A stretch of DNA of 64,000 nucleotides from Thermoplasmata archaeon. Lineage in GTDB: Archaea > Thermoplasmatota > SW-10-69-26 > JACQPN01 > JAJPHT01. The notes below the pieces were generated by a model that saw only the letters and a program-made list of their open reading frames with translations, was not told where the DNA came from and did not search any database. Both the position numbers and the translations under genes were made by a program. The stretch spans positions 20,742 to 84,741 of the forward strand of contig JAXDQU010000054.1 in assembly GCA_034667685.1 (NCBI GenBank), written 5' to 3'. Positions 38,863 through 48,495 of this stretch are shown in pieces. The stretch's first letter is position 1. Every line of letters starts with the position of its first letter.

Positions 38863-39585
38863 TTGAAGCCGAGGCGGGCCTCAGCCTGGGGCGTGCCCGG
38901 CCGTCGCGAGGAGGAGAGCGCCAGCCTGCGCGCGCGTTACGGCGAGCCGGTCGAGATGACGCTCGACGTCCCGATGCGCGAGTGGGAGTTCAACCTGCTG
39001 CGCTTCAGCAAGACCGACGGGCGTTACCGCGACGCGACCATCCTGATCCCGCACGAGGGGCGCCTCGTCTGCATCGTGAAGCACAGCTATCCCGCGGGCG
39101 TCGCGCGTCCCCCCAGCGGCGGCGTGGTGCCCGGCGAGCCGCTCGACGCCGCCGCCCAGCGCGAGGCCTACGAGGAGACCGGCCTGCGCGTCCGCATCAC
39201 GGACTACCTGCTGCGCGTCGCGTGCCACTTCACGCTTGGCAAGCACGCCACGCCCAGCGCGCACGCCCTCGCCGAGGCGAGCCGCCGCGGAAGGAGCGAC
39301 GAGTGGGTCTTCGACTCGCTGGCGCGCTTCGCCGCCGAGACGCCCCCCAAGGCCGACGAGCCCGAGTATTGGGAGAGCCACGTCTTCTGGGCCCTCCCCG
39401 AGGGCGGCGCGCTCGGGCCGCTCGACACCAACGAGATCAAGGAGGTCGTGCTCCTCTCGCCCGACGAGCTGGAGCGCGACGTCCATGCCCGGATGCGCGC
39501 GGCCGACATCGGCGGCTTCGCGTACCGCGTCCGGCTCCAGGAGGCCGCGCTCGCGGCGGCGCGGCAGCGCGGGCTGCTTCCGTAG
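38863..39585 (+). CDS. NUDIX hydrolase
   Basis: Nudix box GGVVPGEPLDAAAQREAYEETG. Confidence 0.85.
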   Translation: MKPRRASAWGVPGRREEESASLRARYGEPVEMTLDVPMREWEFNLLRFSKTDGRYRDATILIPHEGRLVCIVKHSYPAGVARPPSGGVVPGEPLDAAAQREAYEETGLRVRITDYLLRVACHFTLGKHATPSAHALAEASRRGRSDEWVFDSLARFAAETPPKADEPEYWESHVFWALPEGGALGPLDTNEIKEVVLLSPDELERDVHARMRAADIGGFAYRVRLQEAALAAARQRGLLP

Positions 39586-39587
39586 AC

Positions 39588-40022
39588 CTACGGCAGCAGG
39601 CCCGAGATGACCGGCGGGTTGCCCACGGGGCAGCCCAGCGGCGCGCTGTCGGAGACGACGTCCGTCTGCGCCGTGGCCGTGGTCTCGCAGTTGCCGTTGA
39701 TGGTCGTCCAGTCGAGCTGCACGTACTGGTAGCCGTTGGTGCTGGAGTCGTAGACGTAGACGCCCGTGAACACCGACGTGTAGTCGTAGTTGTAGAACGC
39801 CGAGTGGTACAAGTTGCAGACGTTGCCGCCCTGGACGCCGACCGACTTGGGCGCGACGCCGCCGCCCGCGCTCGCGACGTTGTACTGGTAGCCGTTGGTC
39901 GTGCTGCTGCACTTGCCGGAGTTGTACGAGCCGACGCCCGCGCTTTCGAACACGCCGCCCGCGAGCGCCGCGGGGACCACCAGGGCCAGGGAGACGAGAC
40001 CGATCAGGATGAGAGAACGCAT
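39588..40022 (-). CDS. Secreted hypothetical protein
   Basis: Signal peptide MRSLILIGLVSLALVVPAALA; 4 Cys; internal STNGYQY repeat. Confidence 0.7.
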   Translation of the reverse strand: MRSLILIGLVSLALVVPAALAGGVFESAGVGSYNSGKCSSTTNGYQYNVASAGGGVAPKSVGVQGGNVCNLYHSAFYNYDYTSVFTGVYVYDSSTNGYQYVQLDWTTINGNCETTATAQTDVVSDSAPLGCPVGNPPVISGLLP

Positions 40023-40151
40023 GATATCCAAACCTTCGCGGCGCCGCACGCGATGGCCCCTGATAGCAGACGCGGGCGGGCAGCCGGGCAGCGGCGGACG
40101 CGATGGACGTGGAAAGAAAGACGCGGAGCGGGGAAGTCCCGCACTCCGCCT

Positions 40152-40328
40152 TCAACACCCCAGGACGAAGCAGAGCACGTCCGACACGATCCCGGACGCG
40201 TCGTCGTAGACCGTACATGCCTCACCGCTACCAATGACGGAGGGGCACGCGCTGGCCTCGGGCGTGGCGAGGACGGCGACGCCGCCCAACAGGAGCGACG
40301 CGACAAGCAGCATGACAACAACCTTCAC
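40152..40328 (-). CDS. 58-aa secreted Cys-rich peptide (not in ORF track)
   Basis: GGGAGGTGA RBS 6 nt before GTG; MKVVVMLLVASLLLGGVAVLATPEASA followed by CPSVIGSGEACTVYDDASGIVSDVLCFVLGC. Confidence 0.65.
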   Translation of the reverse strand: MKVVVMLLVASLLLGGVAVLATPEASACPSVIGSGEACTVYDDASGIVSDVLCFVLGC

Positions 40329-40433
40329 TTCGATTCACCTCCCGCTTCGCCCTGGAAGCACGCCTCCAAGGCGCCTAGCCGGCAAGAGATGGCTAGCCGC
40401 GGCTTGTACCTCGGCGTAACAAGCCCCGGGCGC

Positions 40434-41099
40434 TCACATGCTGATGATCTGGTTGAGCGTATCGAACGCCGCCATCATGTCGCTCTGCTCGATGACGAAC
40501 ATGGTGTCCTTGTAGCACGAGATCAGCTCGAGGAAGTTGATGCCCTTCGACGAGAGGCTGCTGCTGAGGAACGCCACGACGCCCTGCACGTCCTCGACGA
40601 CCTCGGGCGAGGTCACGATCAGCTCGACGAGGTCGCGCGCGTCCTTCATGACCTCCTCCTCGCCCACGATGTCGCGGACCTCCTTCGCCACGGCGCCGTC
40701 CATGATGATGGTCACGCCCGCCGTCCCCTGGATGATGTGGACGTTCTGCTCGCGGCCACGCAGCGCGCTCATCACCTTCTCCAGCTTGCCGTACATGTGC
40801 CACGAGGGGCGGACGGTCATCGTGACCACCTTGGTGCGGATCTCCAGCTTGCTCTTCCGCAGGACCTTGAGGATGGCCTCCTCGTTGATCTTGGACTTGG
40901 GGTCAAGCTCGTAGCGCCGGCACGCCATGAGCGCCGCCTCCTCGGACTTGAGCCCCTTCTCCTCCATGATCTTGCGGGCCAGCGCGCTCAGGTTGATGAT
41001 GCCCATGCGCATGCCGTCCTTGATCGAGGGATGGGTGTCGATGTAGTCCCGAACGACAGCGGCGGTGGACACGGTGGTGGTTGGCTTTCTGCGTGGCAT
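40434..41099 (-). CDS. ACT domain-containing protein (archaeal type with N-terminal helical domain)
   Basis: YIDTHPSIKDGMRMGIINLSALARKI...GINFLELISCYKDT. Confidence 0.8.
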   Translation of the reverse strand: MPRRKPTTTVSTAAVVRDYIDTHPSIKDGMRMGIINLSALARKIMEEKGLKSEEAALMACRRYELDPKSKINEEAILKVLRKSKLEIRTKVVTMTVRPSWHMYGKLEKVMSALRGREQNVHIIQGTAGVTIIMDGAVAKEVRDIVGEEEVMKDARDLVELIVTSPEVVEDVQGVVAFLSSSLSSKGINFLELISCYKDTMFVIEQSDMMAAFDTLNQIISM

Positions 41100-41246
41100 C
41101 TGCTATCCCTCGGTCTGGATCGGAAGACGGGCATCGTGCGAGAACGGGGGCCGAAGGCCCCCGGACAAAACCGCCGGCGCCTTTCGGGGCCGTTGACTGA
41201 TGCCCATGCGCATGCCGTCCTTGATCGAGGGATGGGTGTCGATGTA
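40997..41246. repeat. 49-bp exact direct repeat (40997-41045 and 41198-41246)
   Basis: tgatgcccatgcgcatgccgtccttgatcgagggatgggtgtcgatgta present twice, 201 bp apart. Confidence 0.92.
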
Positions 41247-41300
41247 ATCGCGGACGACGGCCGCGGTCGAGACGCCCGTGGCCTGCTTCTTGCGCGGCAC
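41103..41300 (-). pseudogene. Truncated duplicate of the 5' end of the ACT-domain gene
   Basis: VPRKKQATGVSTAAVVRDYIDTHPSIKDGMRMGI, then unrelated sequence and a stop. Confidence 0.8.
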
Positions 41301-41413
41301 GCGAGCGGCCACGGCGCGGGCGCGCATGAAGCCTCGGGCTCCCGACGCGCGCGACCCGAATCGGTCACGCTTGTCAGGGGGCCCCTCGTTGCGGCGATTC
41401 AACGTGGTGTTCG

Positions 41414-41428
41414 AAAGCTTCAGGTAGC
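41414..41428 (+). promoter_or_regulatory. Conserved 15-bp upstream element (BRE/TATA-like), copy 1
   Basis: aaagcttcaggtagc ends 20 nt before ATG 41449; identical copy at 42040. Confidence 0.6.
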
Positions 41429-41448
41429 CCTCCGCTGTCCGGCCACCC

Positions 41449-41988
41449 ATGAGGCTTCTCCCTGTCCTCCTGATCGCGCTCGCGCTCGCCTTCGCGGGCT
41501 GCTTCGGCAAGAAGGCCGATAACACCCCGACCGACGGTGGCGCCACTACGCCCACCGACACCACCCCGTCGAGCAGCGGCGGCTCCACGCCCGCCTCCAG
41601 CACGCCCGGCGGCACCGACACGAACTCGACGCCGCCCGCCGCGCTCCCGCCCAAGCAGGCGTGCTCGGCGAGCGTGGACTTCACCGAGGCGCCCAGCGGC
41701 CCCGCGGCCCCCGCGCCCCCGGCGGCGACCCCCTGCAACATCGACCCGGGCTACACGCACCTGATCCTCAACGTCACGTGGGCCCTCACGACGCCCGCGG
41801 CGCCCGACCCGCAGCCCCCCAGCGTCGCCATCGGCGGCGCGACGTGCGCCCTCGCGGGCCCCGTCGAGCAGTCGGCCCCCGCCGTGTGCAGCAAGCCCGG
41901 CACCGCGACGCCTGGCAAGATGTCGATCACGTACGGCGGCGGCCCCGCGCCGATCACGGCGACCGTGACCGTCTTCGAGACCGCTTAG
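41449..41988 (+). CDS. Lipoprotein, paralog 1
   Basis: Lipobox FAGC, Thr/Pro linker, IDPGYTxLxLNVT domain. Confidence 0.75.
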   Translation: MRLLPVLLIALALAFAGCFGKKADNTPTDGGATTPTDTTPSSSGGSTPASSTPGGTDTNSTPPAALPPKQACSASVDFTEAPSGPAAPAPPAATPCNIDPGYTHLILNVTWALTTPAAPDPQPPSVAIGGATCALAGPVEQSAPAVCSKPGTATPGKMSITYGGGPAPITATVTVFETA

Positions 41989-42000
41989 GCCAGCCCCTCC

Positions 42001-42020
42001 GGCCGGGCGCGCGCCCGGCC
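42001..42020. terminator. Perfect 20-bp palindrome, possible terminator
   Basis: ggccgggcgcgcgcccggcc, 12 nt after the stop, followed by a pyrimidine run. Confidence 0.4.
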
Positions 42021-42039
42021 CCCGCTTCTCTTCCATAGA

Positions 42040-42054
42040 AAAGCTTCAGGTAGC
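42040..42054 (+). promoter_or_regulatory. Conserved 15-bp upstream element, copy 2
   Basis: aaagcttcaggtagc ends 19 nt before ATG 42074. Confidence 0.6.
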
Positions 42055-42073
42055 GCGCTGGGTCTGCGGCCGC

Positions 42074-42583
42074 ATGAAGCGGTTCGCCCTCTTCGCGCTC
42101 GTCCTCTCGCTCGCGTTCGCCGGGTGCTTCGGCAAGAAGACCGACGACGGCGCCACGCCGACCGACAACGGCACGGGCACGACGACGTCGACCCCCGGCG
42201 GGACGGGCGGCAACACGACCCCCGGCGGCGGCACGACGACGCTGGCGCCCAAGACCGTCTGCACCGATTCCCCCGACTTCAGCCAGGCCGGGAACCCCGC
42301 GACGGGCGCCGAGCCCCCCGCGAAGGCGTGCACGATCGACCCCGGCTACACGACGCTCACGCTGATCGTCAACGTCACGCAGCAGACGCCCGCGCCCGGC
42401 GCCGTCGTGCAAGCGTTCGACGTGAAGGTCGCGGGCCTCGACGTGCAGGTGGGGCAGGGCCCCGTCACCGCGGCGACCTCGGCGACCAAGACCGGCGCGG
42501 CCACCCCCGGCGCGGCGAAGATCGAGTACACCGGCGGCCCCGCCGTGGGCGTGACGGTCGACGTGAAGGTCGTCGAATCGTAA
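42074..42583 (+). CDS. Lipoprotein, paralog 2
   Basis: FAGCFGKK, IDPGYTTL, ATPGAAKIEY. Confidence 0.75.
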   Translation: MKRFALFALVLSLAFAGCFGKKTDDGATPTDNGTGTTTSTPGGTGGNTTPGGGTTTLAPKTVCTDSPDFSQAGNPATGAEPPAKACTIDPGYTTLTLIVNVTQQTPAPGAVVQAFDVKVAGLDVQVGQGPVTAATSATKTGAATPGAAKIEYTGGPAVGVTVDVKVVES

Positions 42584-42652
42584 CCGCGCGCTCGGCATGT
42601 CAACGACCGGGCCGATTCGTTCATCCATCCCTTCGCGCTCGTAGGGGTCCGT

Positions 42653-43111
42653 ATGCGCATCGCGATCCTCCTGGTCGTCGGCTTCGTCCTCGCGGCAGGC
42701 TGCGCCACGAACAACGGCGGCAACAACGGCACGACGCCCACGGACAACGGCGCCGGCGGCGGCAACGGCACGACGGCGGCCAAGGTCGTCAAGACCGACA
42801 CGCACGACTTCGCCACGGACGCGCCCGCAGGCGCCCCCGCGGGCACGCCGACCCCCACCGCCATCACGATCGACCCGGGCTACACGACGCTCAAGCTCAA
42901 CGTCACGTTCACGGGCGACGCGCCTGCGGCGGGCGCCGGCGTCGCCTCGGGCGTCACGGTCAAGGTGGGCTCGCTCACGTGCACGATCGACGGGCCCGTG
43001 ACGGCCGCCTCGACGTGCACCAAGAGCGGCACCGCGACGGCCGGAAAGGCGCAGATCGAGTACAGCGGCAGCGGCCCCGTCACGGCCACCGTCACCGTGA
43101 GCGAGAGCTGA
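42653..43111 (+). CDS. Lipoprotein, paralog 3
   Basis: AAGC lipobox, IDPGYTTL, ATAGKAQIEY. Confidence 0.75.
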   Translation: MRIAILLVVGFVLAAGCATNNGGNNGTTPTDNGAGGGNGTTAAKVVKTDTHDFATDAPAGAPAGTPTPTAITIDPGYTTLKLNVTFTGDAPAAGAGVASGVTVKVGSLTCTIDGPVTAASTCTKSGTATAGKAQIEYSGSGPVTATVTVSES

Positions 43112-43118
43112 GCCATCG

Positions 43119-44252
43119 ATGCGCGTCCTCGTCCCCGTCCTCCTCGCGCTGGCGACGCTCGCCGGCTGCCTCGAGACCCCCGCGCCGCCCGCGGACAACG
43201 CCACGGCCCCCGGCACGGGGCTCGGCGACCTCGCGCGCCACCCGGACCTTCCGGTGGGCGTGCTCTACCAGGACTCGTTCGGCTTCGGGCCGGGCGAGGG
43301 GGACCGGCGCGACACGTTCGTCGTGCCGCCCGCGACGGACGCGCTCGCCTTCGAGGCCAACCTCAGCGCCACGACCGACGGGGCCGACGCCAGCGCGGTC
43401 GCGCTCTTCGCGCCCAACGGAACGGGCATGGCGAAGTGCTACGAGAGCCCGTGCCTCCAGCGCGTCGAGTCGCCGACCCCCGGCGCGTGGCAGGTCTCCT
43501 TCTCCGGCATGGCCGGCCGCAACGGCACCGTGACCGTGCGCGTCGCCGCCTCGTCGCCCGCTCCCTCGACGCCCGCGACGCCGCCGACGGTGACGCCGAG
43601 CCCCACGCCGCCGACCCCCGCATCCACGACGTACACGTACGCGCGGACCATCACCTTCAACGCGCGGACCAACCAGACGGATTTCCTGGTCGTGCTCCCG
43701 GGCGCCACGCGCCTGCGCGGCGCGGTCGTCTTCGAGAACGTGAGCAGCGAGTCGAACTACCCGCCCGCCGTCTCGGTCTACCGGCGCGACGGCGGCGTCT
43801 ACACGCCGCCCTGCCAAGCCTCGTGCGAGATCGACCTCGAAGCGAAGCCGGGCCTCTACCTCGTCAGCTATCAGGGCAACGGCACCGGATCGGCCTACGT
43901 GAAGATCGACGTCGAGGGCGCCCCCGACGCCACGGGCTCCGTGGACGTCTACATGAGCGGCCACGACTACGCCTCCGGCCAGCTCCGCGGTCCGTTCGAC
44001 GAGGGGTTCCTCGTGCCGCCCGGATTCTCGCGCCTGGAGTTCGACGTGCAGTGGGGCCAGGCCCACGATCCCGCGTCCAACGCGACCATCGTGCTCCGCG
44101 ACCCCGCCGGCGCCGAGATCGCGCGGTGCGCGCGGCTGGATCAGGACGTCTGCACGATCGACCGCGAGGGCGCGGCGCCCGGCCTCTGGAAGGTGGAGTA
44201 CCTCGGCCGGGACAGCCTCGCTGGGCCGCGCACCCACGCCAAGGCCGGCTGA
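43119..44252 (+). CDS. Lipoprotein with three repeated beta-sandwich (PPC-like) domains
   Basis: LAGC; repeated F.VP(P)G, Cys pairs and PG.W.V.(Y/F).G motifs. Confidence 0.7.
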   Translation: MRVLVPVLLALATLAGCLETPAPPADNATAPGTGLGDLARHPDLPVGVLYQDSFGFGPGEGDRRDTFVVPPATDALAFEANLSATTDGADASAVALFAPNGTGMAKCYESPCLQRVESPTPGAWQVSFSGMAGRNGTVTVRVAASSPAPSTPATPPTVTPSPTPPTPASTTYTYARTITFNARTNQTDFLVVLPGATRLRGAVVFENVSSESNYPPAVSVYRRDGGVYTPPCQASCEIDLEAKPGLYLVSYQGNGTGSAYVKIDVEGAPDATGSVDVYMSGHDYASGQLRGPFDEGFLVPPGFSRLEFDVQWGQAHDPASNATIVLRDPAGAEIARCARLDQDVCTIDREGAAPGLWKVEYLGRDSLAGPRTHAKAG

Positions 44253-44339
44253 CGCGCGTGTCCAGATCCTGACATGCGCGTCCCCCCTTGTCGGGGCAGA
44301 GGCGCACGCTTCATCCTCCGGACGGCTTAAGCTGACCCG

Positions 44340-45548
44340 ATGACCCAGAAGGCCGTCCTCGGCTACTCCGGCGGGCTCGACACCAGCGTCATGATCCACT
44401 GGCTCAAGGCCAACTACCACGTCGACGTGATCTGCGTCCTGGTCGACGTTGGCCAGCCGCTCACCAACCTCGACGACGCCGTGGCCCGCGCCAAGAAGAA
44501 CGGCGCCGCCAAGGTGCTCGTCGTGGACGCCAAGGACGAGTTCGCGCGCGACTTCGTCGCCCCGACCCTCAAGGCCAACGCGATGTACGAGGACGTCTAC
44601 CCTCTCGCCACCAGCATCGCGCGCCCCCTCATCGCCAAGCACCTCGTCGCCGTCGCCAAGCAGGAGGGCGCCTCCTTCATCGCGCACGGCTGCACCGGCA
44701 AGGGCAACGACCAGGTCCGCTTCGAGGTCACGATCCGCGCCCTCGCGCCCGAGATCAAGGTCATCGCGCCGCTGCGCGAGTGGACCATGACGCGCGCCCA
44801 GGAGATCGAGTACGCCGCGCAGAACGACGTCCTCATCCCGGACATCGCGAAGAAGTCCGAGTTCTCCACCGACGAGAACCTCTGGGGCCGCAGCGTCGAG
44901 GCCGGCGTGCTGGAGAACCCCGAGAACGAGGTCGTCGAGGCCGCCTACGCGTGGACCACCTCCCCGCTCCACGCGCCCAGCCACCCCGAGACCGTCACCA
45001 TCGGCTTCCAGACCGGCGTCCCCGTCAGCGTCAACGGCAAGCAGCTCGGCCTCGCGGAGCTCGTGGCGTACCTCAACGGCATCGCGGGCGCGCACGGCAT
45101 CGGCCGCGTCGACCACGTCGAGAACCGCCTCGTGGGCATCAAGAGCCGCGAGGTCTACGAGGCGCCCGCCGCCATCACGCTCATCACGGCCAAGAAAGCG
45201 CTGGAGGCGCTGACCTTGACGCGCGACGTCGCCCACTACAAGACGCAGCTCGAGGACAAGTTCGCCGAGTTGGCCTACGACGGCCTCTGGTACACGCCGC
45301 TGCGCGAGGCCATCAGCGCGTTCCTCGACAACGTCAACCAGTGGGTCACCGGCGAGGTCACGCTCAAGCTCTACAAGGGCAGCGCGACGCTCGCGGGCCG
45401 CACCGCGCCCCAGAGCCTCTACACGAAGCACCTCGCGACCTACGACGTGGGCGACACGTTCAACCACAAGAGCGCGGCGGGCTTCATCGACATCTGGGGC
45501 CTGCCGAGCGCGAATGCGAGCAAGGTGCGCGGCAACAAGCTGCGCTGA
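44340..45548 (+). CDS. argG: Argininosuccinate synthase
   Basis: GYSGGLDTS, HGCTGKGNDQVRFE, DENLWGRS, ENRLVGIKSRE. Confidence 0.97.
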   Translation: MTQKAVLGYSGGLDTSVMIHWLKANYHVDVICVLVDVGQPLTNLDDAVARAKKNGAAKVLVVDAKDEFARDFVAPTLKANAMYEDVYPLATSIARPLIAKHLVAVAKQEGASFIAHGCTGKGNDQVRFEVTIRALAPEIKVIAPLREWTMTRAQEIEYAAQNDVLIPDIAKKSEFSTDENLWGRSVEAGVLENPENEVVEAAYAWTTSPLHAPSHPETVTIGFQTGVPVSVNGKQLGLAELVAYLNGIAGAHGIGRVDHVENRLVGIKSREVYEAPAAITLITAKKALEALTLTRDVAHYKTQLEDKFAELAYDGLWYTPLREAISAFLDNVNQWVTGEVTLKLYKGSATLAGRTAPQSLYTKHLATYDVGDTFNHKSAAGFIDIWGLPSANASKVRGNKLR

Positions 45549-45605
45549 TCGTTTCGGGCAGCCTCCTGGAGCGACCTCCGGAGGAGACTGAAGCGCCCAG
45601 CAGCC

Positions 45606-46151
45606 ATGGCTTCGGCCATGGATGACGAGCCCGCGCGGGCGGTCCTGGAGATTCTTCGCGAGGCGGAGCGCGTCCTCGACCACCAGATCCGCAGCCTGGA
45701 GGAGCTCGACGACAAGATCGAGCAGATGCTCGCCCTGGGCGTGGGCAGCCTGGCGGGCGCCTTCGCGCTGGCGGCGTTCATCGCCTCGCGCGAACCCCGC
45801 TGGGCAGGATACGCCGCGGCGCTCGCCTCTGGCGCGCTCTGGAACTGCGCGGCGGTGTTCTATTTCGCGCGCGGCTACGGGATCGTGGACCGCGAAGTGC
45901 AGGCGAAGGTCGGGCCGAGCACGGGCTGGCTTGCGGCGCAGGCACAAGGTCCATCTCCAAACCTCGTGGAACATGGCCGCCTGGTGGTCGCCGTGCTCCA
46001 CAATTCCTTCGAGGACAACGACGAGACGGCCACGTTCATCGCCCAGCAGTCGCGCAAGGGCGTCCGATGGCTCGCGGCCGCGCTGATGCTCTATGGCGCC
46101 GTCGTCGTGCTGTTCCTCGTCCTGGATCGGGGACAAGCCATTAAGCCGTGA
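45606..46151 (+). CDS. Membrane protein (about 3 TM)
   Basis: EAERVLDHQIRSLEELDDK followed by hydrophobic helices. Confidence 0.6.
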   Translation: MASAMDDEPARAVLEILREAERVLDHQIRSLEELDDKIEQMLALGVGSLAGAFALAAFIASREPRWAGYAAALASGALWNCAAVFYFARGYGIVDREVQAKVGPSTGWLAAQAQGPSPNLVEHGRLVVAVLHNSFEDNDETATFIAQQSRKGVRWLAAALMLYGAVVVLFLVLDRGQAIKP

Positions 46152-46343
46152 GGCGCACCATGGAAGCGAGGTCAGAGAAGATGGGAAAGATCGAACCCTC
46201 GCCGCCGATGGCGGTCATCCGGAAGACCATCCTGCCGGAGAACGACCCAAAGCCCAAGAAGAAGGCCGGCAAGCGCTAGGCGCGCCCCACCCCGGGCCGC
46301 ATCTGGGCAAATGCTCACGTCCTGGGCGGCTCCACACGGACCC

Positions 46344-46724
46344 ATGCCCTCCCATTCCGATCTCAAGACGCGCCTCACGCCGCTCCAATACAAGGTGACG
46401 CAGGAGGCCGGCACGGAGCGGCCCTTCACGGGCGAATACTGGAACCACCACGCGGAGGGCGAGTACCGGTGCGTGGTGTGCGACGCGCCGCTTTTTGATA
46501 GCAGGGCGAAGTTCGACTCCGGCACCGGCTGGCCGAGCTTCTGGCAGCCGGCCGAGGGGGCGCGCGTCGCCGAGCACGTCGACCGCTCGCTCTTCATGAA
46601 GCGCGTCGAGGTGCGCTGCGAAGCGTGCGACGCGCACCTGGGCCACGTCTTCCCCGACGGGCCGCCGCCCACGGGACAGCGGTTCTGCATCAACAGCGCG
46701 TCGTTGGCGTTCAAGCCGCGTTAG
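46344..46724 (+). CDS. msrB: Peptide methionine (R)-sulfoxide reductase
   Basis: [42 protein letters not shown]. Confidence 0.95.
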   Translation: MPSHSDLKTRLTPLQYKVTQEAGTERPFTGEYWNHHAEGEYRCVVCDAPLFDSRAKFDSGTGWPSFWQPAEGARVAEHVDRSLFMKRVEVRCEACDAHLGHVFPDGPPPTGQRFCINSASLAFKPR

Positions 46725-47254
46725 CGTCCGTTGTCCACGGAGCACGCCTGCCCGGCGCCGTTGCCCGTGCTCTCGAAGTGCGTCGTGGCGATCGTCGCGA
46801 TGCCCTGCGCCACGCTGGCGTCGATCGAGCCCGCGATCGTGACGGTCACGGTGAGGCACTCGCCCAGCGCGAGCGGGCGCGTGACGCCGCCCGCGGGCCC
46901 CTGCTGGCTGTCCGTGCAGTCCACGAGCCCGACGAAGTCGCACGCGCCCGCGTGGGGGAACGGCGTGTCCGCGCAGCCCGAGACGCTGGAGCAGACGCGC
47001 ACCGTGGCATCGATGACGTGCGACTCGTGGCCCGGCAGCAGTGCGGGGCTGTAGGCCTGCGTGAGCCACCCGTAGGTCCACGAGCACGAGGCGGCGCTGG
47101 CGTCCAGGGCGATGGCGCATTGCACGTTGGCGCCGAGGTCCATCCCGGCGCAGACGAGCGCGCCCGTCGCGTCGCACGCGCCGTGCCCGGGCGATTCGGC
47201 GCGGGCCGCGGGAAGCAGCAGCGGAAGGAGGACCAGGACGACGAGGGCGCGCAT
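46721..47254 (-). CDS. Secreted Cys-rich hypothetical protein
   Basis: Signal peptide [19 protein letters not shown]; 10 Cys. Confidence 0.65.
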   Translation of the reverse strand: MRALVVLVLLPLLLPAARAESPGHGACDATGALVCAGMDLGANVQCAIALDASAASCSWTYGWLTQAYSPALLPGHESHVIDATVRVCSSVSGCADTPFPHAGACDFVGLVDCTDSQQGPAGGVTRPLALGECLTVTVTIAGSIDASVAQGIATIATTHFESTGNGAGQACSVDNGR

Positions 47255-47333
47255 GGGGCGCCGAACGTCCTGCCGGGACAAGGCCGTTTCGCCCTCGGGA
47301 GAGATTATGCACTTCCCCAGGGCTGCGCGCGCC

Positions 47334-47774
47334 GTGACCCACGTCGAGCGCCATGGCCTGGTGCGCGCGCCGCCCGCCGCCGTCTACGCCCTCATCACCG
47401 ACTTCGACGCGAGCAAGACGTGGCTCTCGGGCGTCACCGATTCGCGCCTCGACACGCCGGGCCCCGTGAAGGCCGGCACGCGCTTCACGCAGAAGCGCAC
47501 CACGATGGGCAAGGCTTCGGACGTCGTGGGCACGGTCACGAAGGCCGAGGCGCCGCGCCTGCTCGTCCTCGACATCCGCCGCGACGGGAAGCCGGCCGGC
47601 GTCGCGACGTGGACGCTCACGCCCGAAGGTCCCGGCACGCGCGTCTCGTGCGCGATCGACTTCCAGCTCCCGGGCCTCATGAAGCTCTTCTCGCCCCTGG
47701 TCAAGGGCGCCATCGCCAAGCAGACCGCGGGCGACATCGAAGCCATCGACAAGAAGCTGGCTACAAAGCCGTGA
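47334..47774 (+). CDS. SRPBCC (polyketide cyclase-like) protein
   Basis: VRAPPAAVYALITD...W...GTRF...GTRV. Confidence 0.8.
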   Translation: MTHVERHGLVRAPPAAVYALITDFDASKTWLSGVTDSRLDTPGPVKAGTRFTQKRTTMGKASDVVGTVTKAEAPRLLVLDIRRDGKPAGVATWTLTPEGPGTRVSCAIDFQLPGLMKLFSPLVKGAIAKQTAGDIEAIDKKLATKP

Positions 47775-47985
47775 GAAGCTCGTCGCCGATCTCGTCGTAG
47801 GCGACGGCGAAGGCGAGCACGTCGCCGAAGGGCCCGACCTCGACGTGGAGGCCGGCGTCGTATTCGCCCAGGTCGAAGACGTGGCGGAGCGCGTGCCACG
47901 CGATGCGGCGGGTCGACTCGATCCCCAGGAGACGGACGCCGCCGAGGGGAAGCGCGAGTTCACCCGTGGGCTCGAGCGCGAGCAT
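47761..47985 (-). CDS. Small hypothetical protein
   Basis: 74-aa ORF MLALEPTGEL with host codon usage and GGAGG RBS. Confidence 0.45.
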   Translation of the reverse strand: MLALEPTGELALPLGGVRLLGIESTRRIAWHALRHVFDLGEYDAGLHVEVGPFGDVLAFAVAYDEIGDELLTAL

Positions 47986-48054
47986 CGTTCCTCCGTGGGC
48001 GGGACGAGCATATGAGCCGATTGGTTCAGGACCAGGGGAATACCTCCCCGCGGC

Positions 48055-48495
48055 GTGCCCCGCCTGACCCGCGAGCGCGTCGTCCGCGCGCCGCCCGAGC
48101 GCGTCTGGTCGCTGCTGACGGACCCCGCCGAGCGCGCGCGCTGGCTCCGCAGCATGAAGGAGGAGCCCGCGACGGAGCCGATGCGCGTGGGCGCCCGCGT
48201 CAAGTCGCGCCGCACCGCGCCGGGCAGCCGGAGCACGTACGAGTCCACGGTCCGGACGCTGGAGCCGCCGCGCCTGCTCGCGATGGAGATCCGGCGCAAC
48301 GGCGAGCCCGCGGGCACGGGCGGCTACGAGCTGCACAAGCACGCCGACGGGACGCGCGTCGTCGCCTTCGCCGAGTACGAGCTGAAGGGCGCGCAGAAGC
48401 TCCTCGGGCCCGTGGTGCACGCGGGACTCGTCAAGGAGCTCGACGCGGACCTCGCGGGGCTCGCGGCGCGGGCCGAGAACGACACAGGAAGGTGA
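48055..48495 (+). CDS. SRPBCC family protein
   Basis: VRAPPERVWSLLTDP...W...EPPRLL...GTRV. Confidence 0.8.
   Translation: MPRLTRERVVRAPPERVWSLLTDPAERARWLRSMKEEPATEPMRVGARVKSRRTAPGSRSTYESTVRTLEPPRLLAMEIRRNGEPAGTGGYELHKHADGTRVVAFAEYELKGAQKLLGPVVHAGLVKELDADLAGLAARAENDTGR

Noticed and set aside
43092-46136. 1014-aa minus-strand ORF
   Set aside because: Antisense to argG and its neighbours
46160-46279. 39-aa Lys-rich plus-strand ORF before msrB
   Set aside because: Plausible but short, with no motif or other support
47334-48495. SRPBCC 'polyketide cyclase' genes as part of the PKS pathway
   Set aside because: About 38 kb from the synthase, and the family is widespread with many functions
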